Assembly: GCA_018985225.1 (NCBI GenBank)
Contig: JADGIF010000002.1
Coordinates: forward strand, 24,145-56,144
Length of the DNA stretch: 32,000 nucleotides
Source of the DNA: Amoeboradix gromovi X-113
Taxonomy: Eukaryota > Fungi > Sanchytriomycota
Reading direction: 5' to 3'
The translations under genes were made by a program, and so were the position numbers. Under the pieces are notes generated by a model. That model did not search any database. It was given only the letters and a program-made list of their open reading frames with translations, and had not been told where the DNA came from. This document shows positions 1 to 10,969 of the stretch, piece after piece. Numbering within the stretch: the first letter of the stretch is position 1; the number at the start of each line of letters is the position of its first letter.

Positions 1-2
1 CT

Positions 3-3000
3 AAATCATTCTTAGAGCTGATTAAATTATACAAGCTGGGAATGGAGGAACCAGTTGAACTAAATAACATATATACTAAACTGAATATTACACTTTACTC
101 TAGCTCTGATGGTAGCATATCACTACTAATATTTATTCATTACTTAAACAAGCAGTTTCATGTTCTGCAAGAAGAGCTGCAGTTACTACAGCAATCTCAT
201 TTATTCATTAACAGATGCCATTTACCATATGCTAATGACTGGATATACTATGACAATATTGAATCCAATTATAACAGTGTCAAGGAATATTTGAAGCGTA
301 AAACGGATTCCATGCAAAACTCGTTGTCGTTACTAAAACAGAGTGTGGTAGTTCAATCCACTGCATTGCAATCAAGTATCATTGAGCAATGTAAGGAATG
401 GGATGCTAATAAACCTATACAACAACAATCAGTGGAATCGAGCTTAGAAATAATGAACAAATACAATGATATATTTAATACACTATTAAATGAACAAAAT
501 GCACTGAACATTGCAAGGGACATGATGGAACTTCAGCTAATAAGAAGCGATGAGCTAAGCAGTGTATTAAATGAGATAAAGGACTTGCAAACGGTATGGG
601 ACAAAGTGAGTATAAACCACAATGAGTTGCACGAGCTAGGTAAAACAGAGTGGCAGGCATTGGATCCTAAACAGATCAGGGTAAGTCTAGAGCAGCTAAA
701 CAACAATATGGACCATTTGCCACCGTTTTACAAACAATATACACCTATAGTACATTTCAAAAATAAGGTTACCAGTTTAATAAAAAGCAACAGTATACTT
801 TTTGATCTGCAATCGCCTGCATTAAAGCCACGCCACTTTCAAGAGCTACAAATTAAATCGAACATTACTAATGCTAGTGCTATCAAAACTGTACAAGACA
901 TATGGGACCTACAATTAAACAGTAACATGTCTTGGTATAAAGAATTGATCAGTACCGCAAACGGTGAGTACAATTTGGAGCAATTTATTGAGAAATGTAA
1001 ACAGACTTTAAAATCGTTTAAGATGAATACTTTCCACTATAAACAGAAGATCTGGTTATTAAGACAAGTTGATGACTTGTTTGAGACATGCGAGGAGTAC
1101 TCCAGTAGCTTAAATAGCATGAAATCTAGTCCGTATTACAAGTCATTTGAGGAAGATGCTTTATACTGGAGTGATAAAGTTAACTCTATTTACAAAGTGT
1201 TTAATACGATGCTTGATGTACAAAAGCTTTACATGCATTTAGAAGGTGTGTTCACATCATCAAAAGAGATCAAGAACACACTTCCCAATGAATCGCAATT
1301 GTTTGAATCACATCACTCCGAGTTTATTCAGTTAACTAAAAAATCGAATCAAAAAGAGTATGTTTTGGACATAATTAACATTCCCAACATTCAATCTAAC
1401 CTGGATAGAATATACAAGGGATTATGTAAACTCCAAAAATCGCTCTCAAATTTCCTTGAACAGCAGCGCACAAAGTTTCCTAGGTTCTACTTTATTGGTG
1501 ATGATGATCTACTACAACTGATAGGGGATACCACATCGTTACAATTTCATCTTACTAAGCTGTTCCCTGGTATTGCTAGATTACTTTTAACTGATAACAC
1601 CATATCAGGCATTTATAGCAAAGAGAATGAGCATGTTGAATTGGTGAATTCTATTAAACTGAATGATTTAATTCCAACACTCCAGCAGCTTGAGTTAGAG
1701 ATCAAGAACACTTTGTTAGACCGATTTGCTTCATTGAATAAGATAGTTCAGAATATATGGGACAATCCTGATATAATCAGCTCAATATTGCACTACCCTT
1801 TCCAGATTATTGAGTTATCTCTAAGATATTCATGGACTGTTAAATGTGAGTCATTAATGCCAAACACTAACAACCTGGTTCCGTCAATAACAGGTCTAAT
1901 CAATCAACTACTGCAGCTAGTACAATCTACAGATGATGTTTTGATAATTAAGAAATTAAAGAACCTAATTAAAGAGCTATTGCCTCTCCGTAAGTCAACG
2001 ATTGATTGCAATGGTTGCAATAAATCAGATTATAAATGGCTTCAGTATCTGCGGACCTATGTCAAGGATAAAAAACCCGAAATTGCAATAGGCCATAATT
2101 CTTTTGAATATAAATGTGAATATTACGGTGTAGTTGATAAGTTGATAAGAACTGACTTGACTAATGATGCCAATTTGACGTTTGGATTAGCGCTAAACCA
2201 CAATTTAGGATGCTCCCCAAGTGGCAAGGCCGGTACGGGAAAGACTGAATCTGTGAAGCAGATGGCCAATGTTATTGGTGTTATGTGTTTTGTGTTTTGC
2301 TGCGATGAGGCATTTGATGTACATGTAATGAAGCGTATATTATACGGTTTAAGCGCTATAGGGAGTTGGGGATGTTTTGATGAATTTAATAGGCTGGAAT
2401 CAGACGATATGAGCTTGGTTAGTGTTTTAATAAAGCAACTGAGGCAGCAAAGTAACAATCAATTGGGTATCTTTATTACAATGAATCCTACATATAAAGG
2501 TAGAAATGCGTTACCATTAGACCTTGTTAAGCTCTTCAGACCTGTGAAAATGGAGGTGCCAGATTTAGTCGATATAGCAGAAGCACTATTATACTGTGAT
2601 GGCTTTACTACCAGTAGTGATCTAGCTATTCTTTTAACTAGATTATTCAACAAGTGTGAATTGTATTTGGATAAATGCCCTCATTATGACTTTGGACTAC
2701 GAGCAATGAAGAGCGTACTATTGAATGCAGGCATCTATAAGCATTCAACTGGTAACGAACTAGATTGTGTTTTAAATGCGCTAGCCAGCACAATAGCCCC
2801 AAAATTAACACTTAGTGATTCCATACTATTTGAATCTTTTGTTCAGAATGTGTTTAATAGAGCATTGGTAAACACTATGATTAACAAGAGTATCGAACCA
2901 CTTCTGAAACACCTACAGCTGTCAACAAGTAGCTCTTTTGTTGCCAAGGTTGATCAGTTTCTCAAGATTCATGACATATATCAAGGATTTATGTGCGTTG

Positions 3001-6000
3001 GCTACATCGGCAAGTCGACATGTATCAGTGTTTGCAAGCAAATACTGCAGATGGATAAAAAGTTAAATGTATACAATATTAATGCCAAGGTATTAGATAA
3101 GCACTGTTTGTATGGTCAATTAAACACGGTTAGTAAGGAATGGACCGACGGTGTCTTTACGTCAATTCTTCGCAAGTGCATTAGCAACGCTAGCTCACTG
3201 TCGTGGATCATATTTGATTGCGATATTGATCCGATATGGTGCGAGAATTTAAATAGTGTTTTAGACGACAACAAAACATTGACTCTGCCAAATGGAGAAC
3301 GACTGGTATTGCATGAGAACATTAAGCTGATATTTGAAGTAAATAGTCTGCAGCACGCTACACCAGCTACAGTAAGTAGAAATGGTATAATATACTTTGA
3401 TAAGGATCTTATACCAATAGAAGATGTAGTTGTGCACTACATACACAAACTCAGCAGTCCAACTATGATCAACCTTCTATTATCTAAAGTATCTCTAGTT
3501 ATAAGTGTGTACGAAGCTAGCTTAAAATTACAGCATATTATGGATTATGAACTCCACTTTTATTTAAACAGGTTTATTCATTTTGTGCAAGGATGCAGCG
3601 CTTTATACATATCAGATGTTAATTACAATACAGACGAGTCTGACAGTGCGTCTGTAACACCCAACAATGTTATAATGCATGCGTTATTCTATGCTAGCTG
3701 TGGAGATGTTAATGAAGAGAACAGAAGTTTATTCATAGAGGACTTTAAAGAACTGAATAACATGGATGATGTAGATTACTATAACACAATGCTGAATAGC
3801 AGTGGAATAGTAAACATTAACTCAACGTTAAGTGATAATGTAGTTGGTAATGATTTTAACATGATAATCCCGACTGTTGATACCGTTAGAAACGAGTCAT
3901 TAATAACTGAACTTATACACAGCAAATCAGGACTGATACTAGTAGGTCCGGCAGGAAGTGGTAAAACAATGTCATTGGTAGGCTCACTGAAAAAGCAAAT
4001 AAACACTGCATTTGCAATGCTTAACTTCAGTTCAGAAACTAGCTGTGATACAATAATTACACTCTTAAAGCAACAGTGTGATGTTATAAATAGCCCAAAT
4101 GGACTAATAATGACACCTAAGCATGGCAAGTCGTTAATAGTGTTTTGTGATGAAATTAATTTGGTAAAATGCGACGACTATGGGACACAAATAGCATTGT
4201 CATTGATATGGCAGCTAATAACACAAAAGTCTTACCATGATGTACAATTAAACAGTACAGTTAATATACAAAATATTATAATCATCGGTGCTTGCAATCC
4301 ACCCACTTACAAAGGTAGAATTCCAATAAGTCACAGACTACTCAGGCATATGCCAGTGTTAAACGTAGGCTACCCATCGGAACAGTCACTAATTAGAATA
4401 TATAACAGTTATATGTCATTCATACTAAAGCACTCCAGTAATAGCAATTATGGATTAAAAATAACAAAATATCTGGTTAATTGTTACATGCAGTGCAAGA
4501 TAGAGTTTCCAAGTAGCAAGCAGTCCCACTACATTTACAGTCCTAGAGAATTGAGTAGGTGGGTCAGGGGAATACACTACTTTGTAGATCAGGATTTGGA
4601 ACCTTCACTACAAGAACTAGTAGAATTGATTTATTATGAAGGAGAGCGGCTATTTCATGATAGATTGATAGGAGAAGAGGAGCGCCTAAACTGCAAGCTG
4701 ATATTGAAGAGTAACTTGGATGTCATAGCCACACCAACCATAACTACAGAGGTTGTGTTTAGCAACTGGATGAGTAGATGCTACCAAAGCACTAACATTG
4801 ATGAACTGCGGCTATTTCTCGTAAACAGGTTAAAGACATTCAACGAGGAAGAGAGCATAAATCAGCTTTATTTGACCAATGACTTCATTAATCATTTATC
4901 CCGAATAGACAGAGTATTGAAGCAGCCAAACGGTCACTTGCTACTATTTGGAACACCTGGAAGTGGTAGAAAGTCCTTGTGCCATTTTGCGTGCTGGCTA
5001 AATGGAATTAGCGTAGAAATTCTGTCTGTTTACAATGGATACAGTTTGATTGAATTCGATGAATTACTACGCAAAATTATTAGGAAATGTGTATTATTAG
5101 ATGATAAGATAGCATTATTAATCGATGACTCAAGCATCATAGAATCGTCATTTATCGAAAGGATGAACACGTTGTTGGCTAACTCTGAAATCCCAGGGTT
5201 ATTTGATAATGATGAATACAATCAGATTATACAGCAAAACAAAAAGACTAGCAATAGTGACGATGTAGATGGTGATGCCTGGTTTGTGAATCAAATTAGA
5301 AATAACTTACATGTGGTATTTACAATGCAATATGGGAATGTCCAGTCCCCAGCATTGTTTAATAGATGCGTGGTTAATTACATGGGTGACTGGAGTGTTG
5401 ACGATTTAATGCAGGTAGCAATGCAAATAGTGCCTGTCGGATTGAGCATAAATGAGACAGAAACTAGCAGAGTGTTTGTAGACTTTCACAGGACTCAATC
5501 CAGTAATGCAGAAACATCACCAATGACGTTTTTGCATGCTGTAAAACTATTTGAATTACAAACTACTACGAAATTAAACGAAATACAAGAGCAACAGCAT
5601 CATTTTAATAATGGTCTTGATAAAATCAATAGCAGTGTATCATACATAGCACAACTTAAGAACGAGCTAACCATAAAGAACACTGATTTACAGAGCAAGC
5701 AACAAGTGGCTAATTCCACACTGAAAGAAATGGTAGTCAAACAACAAGAAGCAGAACTGAAGAAGCAAGAATCCATAACTATAAGCAACGAACTACAAAG
5801 TAAGCAACACGATATACAACAACGTCAATCAATAGTTCAAGAGCAGTTGAGTAAAGCTGAACCAGCTGTTGAGCTGGCTAAACAGAGTGTGAGCGAAATA
5901 AAAAAGCAGCATCTTACAGAATTAAGAAGCATGCAGAATCCGCCAGTTTTGATAAAAACTACTATGGAGTGTATATGTTATATGCTTGGTAACAAACCAG

Positions 6001-9000
6001 ATACATGGAAAGTAGTGCAGCAAATGATAAGAAAGGATGATTTTATTAGCAACGTTGTGAACTATGACACAGATTCTATTACTCCAGGTATACGGAATAA
6101 ACTGCAGGAGTATTTGAGTGATGATAACTTTAATGCAGAGAATGTAAACAGGGCCAGTAAAGCGTGTGGTCCGCTATTTGTATGGATGACAGCCCAATTG
6201 AGTTTCAGCAGTATATTGCTACAAATCGGACCATTGAAAAAAGAACTAAACGATCTGCAAGTACAGTATGATATTGCGAATAACAAGTACAATGAGCTAA
6301 TAGCACTGGTAGATGAGCTGACTAGCAACATTAGTGTTTATCAGTCGCAGTATACTGCAATGGTAAGTGAGGTTGAGCAGATAAAAAATGAACTAAACCT
6401 GACTAGTAACAAAGTAAACAAGGCCGAGTTACTGCTCAATGGACTAGATAGCGAGCAATCGAGATGGACTAGCACGGTAAGTGAGTTCAAGAGCCAATTG
6501 CAATGCATTATTGGTGATTGCATACTGCAAGCTATATTTATAGCATATCTCAGCATCAAATCTCCCAAGGATCGATCTACCAATTTAGAAATCCTTGTAG
6601 GCATCTTGAACAATAGAAATATTCCAATTTCTAACACGCCAATGTCCAACTTATTAATAACACCAAAAGACAAATTATTGCTACAGCCGGATGATGTTGT
6701 GTATATGAATCATGGTATCATCAAGCATTCTTTGTATCCATTATTTATTGTTGGTAAAGATGCTAGCGTTATAGTAGGATTAAATAAATACCAAACTACG
6801 TCGTTTAATCATCCGCAGTACATCAAGGTATTGGAGAACTGCATAAGGTTTGGTACCACTTGCATTATTAACGATGCCAATCCTATAGATCCTATCATTA
6901 TGCCATTATTGAATAAGCAGTACACTAAACAAGGCGGTAGACTTTTGATACAGCTAGGTAAACATTTAATAGAACAATCACCTTCATTCCAATTAATACT
7001 TACGAGCACTACAAGTGCACTTGATAACGCCTATGCTTGTAGGTGCAGCGTGGTTAACTATACTACCAGCAAGGCTTCACTGCAGTCTAATACCATTAAC
7101 AGAATACTGCATGTGCATAGTCCACATTTGCACCAGCAATTACAATTGGGAATTAAACAGCAACTGCAATACACTCAGGAGTTGCAAGTGTTGGAGCATT
7201 CTTTACTGCAGGTCTTACATGTACAGGGTAATTTGCTAGACAATCCGAATGTATTAAGTCAACTACAAACAATTAAGCAACAAAGCAGTGAAATACAAGT
7301 TAAACTGGATAAAGATTTGGAGATACAGTCCACTATTAACAAGCAGTGTGAATCGTACCACCTTTTCAGCGAATATGCATGTACCTTGTATTTTAAAACA
7401 ACTAGCATTTTAAATGAATCGGAATACACTATAAATACAGATATGTACATGGAAACGCTTAATAGAGCACTGGAAAGCAACAATAGTGACAGCATTGAGA
7501 AGTTGGCTGTTACATTTAGCAATTTGTTTTATTCGTTTTACTGCACCAGACTAGAGAAATCCGACGAATTACTATTCACGCTGCTTCTATTACAGCAATA
7601 CTTGCACTACTACTACCCTGATATAAATATTGATTGTTTGACTAGCTTAGATGCCATGGAAGTGGATGATGATAAGTTACTAGGCGAATTAATGACAAAT
7701 AGAAACAAAACCCCGCAAGATTACCATTCATATTTAATCAAGTACAGTCAATCATTCAACCTAGATCTGAAATGTGATAAATATCAAATGTTGCAAAGCC
7801 ACCTGATGGAATTGACTAAAGTAAACAACGCTACTGGTGCTGGAAAAGCCACTATACCATCTGTAGTATTGATATCCAAGGGTGAGGTGATGTTGGATGA
7901 ATATTGCAAGGACAGTAACGCATTGAATGTGGTCAAATCCAGCAATATATGCAATAAACCATGTGTGTACATCTGTAATCCAACTGAGCAATTATTAAAT
8001 AGTGGAGTGCAGGTGTACTATATAGAACCAAGTAGTTCAATTTACAAGTGCTATGAATCCATAAATAGCCAGTTAACTTTGCACGACAAAGAGATTGAGT
8101 ATTCGGTATTATTCAAAATAACATGGTTGCATATACAAAGTATACAAAGGCTGCTGTATATACCAATTGGAATGCATATGAATTACGACATAAACCAAAG
8201 TGATTTGCATGCATTAATGATGTTTATTCGCGGTCATAATGTCGATAAATACATGTTTGTTAAATTGCTAAAATTAGTGTATATGCCCAAAATAACAAAC
8301 TACTTCGATTGCCAAGTCATTGAAATATACATAGAGTTGCTTGCTAATGACATATTAGGCATACAACATGATACTGTGATTAGCAATGACATGGATCAAT
8401 TTTACAGGGATCTAAAGGAAAATCCACTACTATTAGAGCTGGATGTTGGAATAGTTGAGAACATTGCAAAAATGGGAATTAGCAGGATGATTAACAAATT
8501 TAACAGGATATCATCAAATACCAATGAGAATGGACTAGTTATAGGGGAATGGATTAAGCAGCTGAGCAGCAAGATGGAGGTAGAGAGTGAACTTCAGAGC
8601 ATTAAAGAGAACAATAAGCAGTTGAACGCACTGATTAACAGAATGAAGATGGATATAAAAGGAATAGAAGATTATTACAAAGGGAAGCCTAGTATAAAAA
8701 TTGATGATGTATTAGTTGAGCTACAGAACAATATGGTTCCAGACAAATGGATCACCACAGTAGGAACATTGCACGACCTGAAGATATTTATAAATCAAAA
8801 AGGTATAATGCAGAGCATGATACAGCTAACAGACCTGTTCAATGAAATAAGAGGTGAGGATGGACAAGTGGGAATAGTTGAGAACGGAATACAGATAGAG
8901 AACATTGATTTATATGGATGTCTATACAATGGTGAGCTGAACATGGACAAAGGAAGTAAGATCGTAGGTGGATTTATTGGTAAAATAGTAGATTTAAAAG

Positions 9001-9122
9001 GATACATAGATTTGCCAATTTACAGGAATGAGCAGCGAAGGGAATACATGGAGAAGATATACATAAAATGTAGCAATAAGGAACTGATAAGGCTAAGAAG
9101 CTGTGCATTGTATCTACAATAG
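3..9122 (+). CDS. DYN1: Cytoplasmic dynein 1 heavy chain, 5'-partial (the frame is open from position 3, so the true start lies upstream of the window)
   Basis: Linker motif RTKFPRFYFIGDDDLL; AAA1 GKAGTGKT, CFDEFNRLE, FITMNP and HYDFGLRAMKSVL; AAA2 WCENLNSVLDDNKTLTLPNGERL; AAA3 GPAGSGKT, FCDEINL and GACNP; AAA4 GTPGSGRK; stalk coiled coil with microtubule-binding domain (LTELRSMQNPP, ENVNRASKACGPL); C-terminal LPIY..R motif. No stop codon between positions 3 and 42. Confidence 0.96.
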   Translation, partial: KSFLELIKLYKLGMEEPVELNNIYTKLNITLYSSSDGSISLLIFIHYLNKQFHVLQEELQLLQQSHLFINRCHLPYANDWIYYDNIESNYNSVKEYLKRKTDSMQNSLSLLKQSVVVQSTALQSSIIEQCKEWDANKPIQQQSVESSLEIMNKYNDIFNTLLNEQNALNIARDMMELQLIRSDELSSVLNEIKDLQTVWDKVSINHNELHELGKTEWQALDPKQIRVSLEQLNNNMDHLPPFYKQYTPIVHFKNKVTSLIKSNSILFDLQSPALKPRHFQELQIKSNITNASAIKTVQDIWDLQLNSNMSWYKELISTANGEYNLEQFIEKCKQTLKSFKMNTFHYKQKIWLLRQVDDLFETCEEYSSSLNSMKSSPYYKSFEEDALYWSDKVNSIYKVFNTMLDVQKLYMHLEGVFTSSKEIKNTLPNESQLFESHHSEFIQLTKKSNQKEYVLDIINIPNIQSNLDRIYKGLCKLQKSLSNFLEQQRTKFPRFYFIGDDDLLQLIGDTTSLQFHLTKLFPGIARLLLTDNTISGIYSKENEHVELVNSIKLNDLIPTLQQLELEIKNTLLDRFASLNKIVQNIWDNPDIISSILHYPFQIIELSLRYSWTVKCESLMPNTNNLVPSITGLINQLLQLVQSTDDVLIIKKLKNLIKELLPLRKSTIDCNGCNKSDYKWLQYLRTYVKDKKPEIAIGHNSFEYKCEYYGVVDKLIRTDLTNDANLTFGLALNHNLGCSPSGKAGTGKTESVKQMANVIGVMCFVFCCDEAFDVHVMKRILYGLSAIGSWGCFDEFNRLESDDMSLVSVLIKQLRQQSNNQLGIFITMNPTYKGRNALPLDLVKLFRPVKMEVPDLVDIAEALLYCDGFTTSSDLAILLTRLFNKCELYLDKCPHYDFGLRAMKSVLLNAGIYKHSTGNELDCVLNALASTIAPKLTLSDSILFESFVQNVFNRALVNTMINKSIEPLLKHLQLSTSSSFVAKVDQFLKIHDIYQGFMCVGYIGKSTCISVCKQILQMDKKLNVYNINAKVLDKHCLYGQLNTVSKEWTDGVFTSILRKCISNASSLSWIIFDCDIDPIWCENLNSVLDDNKTLTLPNGERLVLHENIKLIFEVNSLQHATPATVSRNGIIYFDKDLIPIEDVVVHYIHKLSSPTMINLLLSKVSLVISVYEASLKLQHIMDYELHFYLNRFIHFVQGCSALYISDVNYNTDESDSASVTPNNVIMHALFYASCGDVNEENRSLFIEDFKELNNMDDVDYYNTMLNSSGIVNINSTLSDNVVGNDFNMIIPTVDTVRNESLITELIHSKSGLILVGPAGSGKTMSLVGSLKKQINTAFAMLNFSSETSCDTIITLLKQQCDVINSPNGLIMTPKHGKSLIVFCDEINLVKCDDYGTQIALSLIWQLITQKSYHDVQLNSTVNIQNIIIIGACNPPTYKGRIPISHRLLRHMPVLNVGYPSEQSLIRIYNSYMSFILKHSSNSNYGLKITKYLVNCYMQCKIEFPSSKQSHYIYSPRELSRWVRGIHYFVDQDLEPSLQELVELIYYEGERLFHDRLIGEEERLNCKLILKSNLDVIATPTITTEVVFSNWMSRCYQSTNIDELRLFLVNRLKTFNEEESINQLYLTNDFINHLSRIDRVLKQPNGHLLLFGTPGSGRKSLCHFACWLNGISVEILSVYNGYSLIEFDELLRKIIRKCVLLDDKIALLIDDSSIIESSFIERMNTLLANSEIPGLFDNDEYNQIIQQNKKTSNSDDVDGDAWFVNQIRNNLHVVFTMQYGNVQSPALFNRCVVNYMGDWSVDDLMQVAMQIVPVGLSINETETSRVFVDFHRTQSSNAETSPMTFLHAVKLFELQTTTKLNEIQEQQHHFNNGLDKINSSVSYIAQLKNELTIKNTDLQSKQQVANSTLKEMVVKQQEAELKKQESITISNELQSKQHDIQQRQSIVQEQLSKAEPAVELAKQSVSEIKKQHLTELRSMQNPPVLIKTTMECICYMLGNKPDTWKVVQQMIRKDDFISNVVNYDTDSITPGIRNKLQEYLSDDNFNAENVNRASKACGPLFVWMTAQLSFSSILLQIGPLKKELNDLQVQYDIANNKYNELIALVDELTSNISVYQSQYTAMVSEVEQIKNELNLTSNKVNKAELLLNGLDSEQSRWTSTVSEFKSQLQCIIGDCILQAIFIAYLSIKSPKDRSTNLEILVGILNNRNIPISNTPMSNLLITPKDKLLLQPDDVVYMNHGIIKHSLYPLFIVGKDASVIVGLNKYQTTSFNHPQYIKVLENCIRFGTTCIINDANPIDPIIMPLLNKQYTKQGGRLLIQLGKHLIEQSPSFQLILTSTTSALDNAYACRCSVVNYTTSKASLQSNTINRILHVHSPHLHQQLQLGIKQQLQYTQELQVLEHSLLQVLHVQGNLLDNPNVLSQLQTIKQQSSEIQVKLDKDLEIQSTINKQCESYHLFSEYACTLYFKTTSILNESEYTINTDMYMETLNRALESNNSDSIEKLAVTFSNLFYSFYCTRLEKSDELLFTLLLLQQYLHYYYPDINIDCLTSLDAMEVDDDKLLGELMTNRNKTPQDYHSYLIKYSQSFNLDLKCDKYQMLQSHLMELTKVNNATGAGKATIPSVVLISKGEVMLDEYCKDSNALNVVKSSNICNKPCVYICNPTEQLLNSGVQVYYIEPSSSIYKCYESINSQLTLHDKEIEYSVLFKITWLHIQSIQRLLYIPIGMHMNYDINQSDLHALMMFIRGHNVDKYMFVKLLKLVYMPKITNYFDCQVIEIYIELLANDILGIQHDTVISNDMDQFYRDLKENPLLLELDVGIVENIAKMGISRMINKFNRISSNTNENGLVIGEWIKQLSSKMEVESELQSIKENNKQLNALINRMKMDIKGIEDYYKGKPSIKIDDVLVELQNNMVPDKWITTVGTLHDLKIFINQKGIMQSMIQLTDLFNEIRGEDGQVGIVENGIQIENIDLYGCLYNGELNMDKGSKIVGGFIGKIVDLKGYIDLPIYRNEQRREYMEKIYIKCSNKELIRLRSCALYLQ

Positions 9123-9163
9123 CTTTCAATAAATAAATTCTAAACTGAAATATTTTTAAAACC

Positions 9164-10552
9164 ATGTCAAGTCCACCAGATGCATTTTATGATGCAAAAT
9201 CAGAGAGAAGTGAATCATTATCACCGATAATACTATCGCCAATAGAGGGAGGGGATATGGGAGACATAAAAGATATACCAGTTATGGACGAATTACCAGA
9301 AGCAATGGAGAGTATTACACAAATTAAGGGCGGAGAATCTATAATAAATAGACCGCCAATAAAGCAAGAACCTAATGTACCAAAATCAAGCTCAAGCTCA
9401 CCTACTAAATCGGTGAGATCTACAGACTCAGATAAGAAACAAATTAAAAATACGTTAGAGTCACAAACAACGTTAGATTCGGAAGGGCAAACAATACAAT
9501 TTATGAACGAGGAACAACCGGGAATGCCTGAAATAGAGGAAGAAGAAAATGGGATGAACGATGATTTGGCTAAAGAATTTGAATCATTGATGCAATTTCA
9601 TCAGGAATCAGCAGCAGAAGATGATGACCCGGATGAGCTGGTATTCACAGGCGAGAAATTGGAAATACAGGAGGATGTAGCAATTGCTCCTATTTCATTT
9701 GGACTGAAGTTTGCTACAAATACAGTCAAAATACAGGAGCAGCCAGAGATAATAGACGACGACGAATTTGAAGAATTTGAAGAATTTGAATCTGGCGCAC
9801 CGGCTGCAGAGGTGTCTCCAAATGAGCCCAATCAAAAAGAGCCTGAATCAATAGAGGAGGATATCAAATTGCCTCCTCAAAGTCCCGCTGATGATGAAGA
9901 CGCTGCGTCAGTCTCTGAATTCAGTCGAATATTTGAGAAAGGACTGGATGAGCTATGCATTTACTTCACTAATGACATTCCTGATGTTGAATCGGATCAT
10001 GTTTATGATGACTCGGATAGAGACATAGGAAATGTTTGCTCAATACCCACACATTATGGTCCCAAATCTTATTTTGAACCTTCAGAGTACTTGAAAGAAT
10101 TAAAGGAATATCAGCAACTACATGGAATATTTGAATCCAACTATGTTCCTAAAGACCAGCAAGCATTTCTATGGCAGAAATCGAACATGAGGCGTAAGTT
10201 GCTGCAATTATCTGGAATTCCATTAAATTTGGACGAGTTTTATACCAATACTCAAAAGCGAAAGTTTGGTGCTTTGAGTGCGCATGAACTGCAAAGTATG
10301 CATCAAATGTTGGATAAAATCAACAAGATTAGCAGATCTGAATTTGCAAACAAGAAATTGGAAGAATTAGGCACAATTCATTTGAGTATTGAAAAGGCTT
10401 TAGGCAGGCTAGTTGATGCAAATCAATACTATATTGACCAGAATGATAAGATAAGAGCCAACATAAACGTAGCCAACAAGGAGATTAAAGAGGCCTTGTT
10501 AGAGGCACAAACCAAAAAAAAGACAGCCACAAAAAAGAAGTACTTTTACTAA
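9164..10552 (+). CDS. Acidic, largely disordered protein; probable Laa2/DUF5102 (aftiphilin-like) AP-1 clathrin-adaptor accessory protein
   Basis: 462-aa ORF ending in TAA overlapped by AATAAA. WQKSNMRRKLLQLSGIPLNLDE resembles, from memory, the fungal Laa2/DUF5102 core (W..S.IRR.FL.SLGVP.DLDE). Contains the acidic-Phe motif DDDEFEEFEEFE and a C-terminal coiled coil. Confidence 0.6.
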   Translation: MSSPPDAFYDAKSERSESLSPIILSPIEGGDMGDIKDIPVMDELPEAMESITQIKGGESIINRPPIKQEPNVPKSSSSSPTKSVRSTDSDKKQIKNTLESQTTLDSEGQTIQFMNEEQPGMPEIEEEENGMNDDLAKEFESLMQFHQESAAEDDDPDELVFTGEKLEIQEDVAIAPISFGLKFATNTVKIQEQPEIIDDDEFEEFEEFESGAPAAEVSPNEPNQKEPESIEEDIKLPPQSPADDEDAASVSEFSRIFEKGLDELCIYFTNDIPDVESDHVYDDSDRDIGNVCSIPTHYGPKSYFEPSEYLKELKEYQQLHGIFESNYVPKDQQAFLWQKSNMRRKLLQLSGIPLNLDEFYTNTQKRKFGALSAHELQSMHQMLDKINKISRSEFANKKLEELGTIHLSIEKALGRLVDANQYYIDQNDKIRANINVANKEIKEALLEAQTKKKTATKKKYFY

Positions 10553-10595
10553 TAAACACTTTAAATTCACCGTTACTACTTATTTGAGATCCTTA

Positions 10596-10790
10596 TCACT
10601 GGACATCAAAAAATAGAATTGCATAATTTGCGTTACAAAGACGAACATCTAAGGAGGAGTTGAATATGGGGGGTTGTATGGTGCAAGCAATATTCACAAA
10701 TCTAATGTTGCTTCCATCCAATTCCAGATGAACTTTTATTTGTCTTAAAATAGCGTTCTTCAGAGCTTCACTCTTTGTACAAGTTTTGAC
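10596..10790 (-). pseudogene. Possible degenerate small-GTPase (Rab/Ran-like) fragment
   Basis: The minus frame reads ...RQIKVHLELDGSNIRFVNIACT...ANYAILFFDVQ*, reminiscent of Rab/Ran 'IELDGKRIKL' and 'AIIMFDV'. No start codon and no intact G1 or G3 motif. Confidence 0.2.
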
Positions 10791-10969
10791 TAGTAATTAC
10801 CTTCACGGTTGTCCTACCCTATTTTTCACACATGAGTTTCATTATTAGACTATTTTCTGAGTGTAAAAGAATTATTCTATGCAGCCTTTTACTGGGTTCT
10901 GAGACTATTGAATCGAAAAAATTCGGATAATCGCGGTAAGTGATTTATTTAATTCAAAGCGATGAATAA

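Noticed and set aside
475-9165. Many 60-116 aa ORFs antisense to, or out of frame within, dynein (likewise within NOT1, TPP2, FMP27 and CLUAP1)
   Set aside because: Shadow ORFs of long coding sequences; no motifs and no independent signals.
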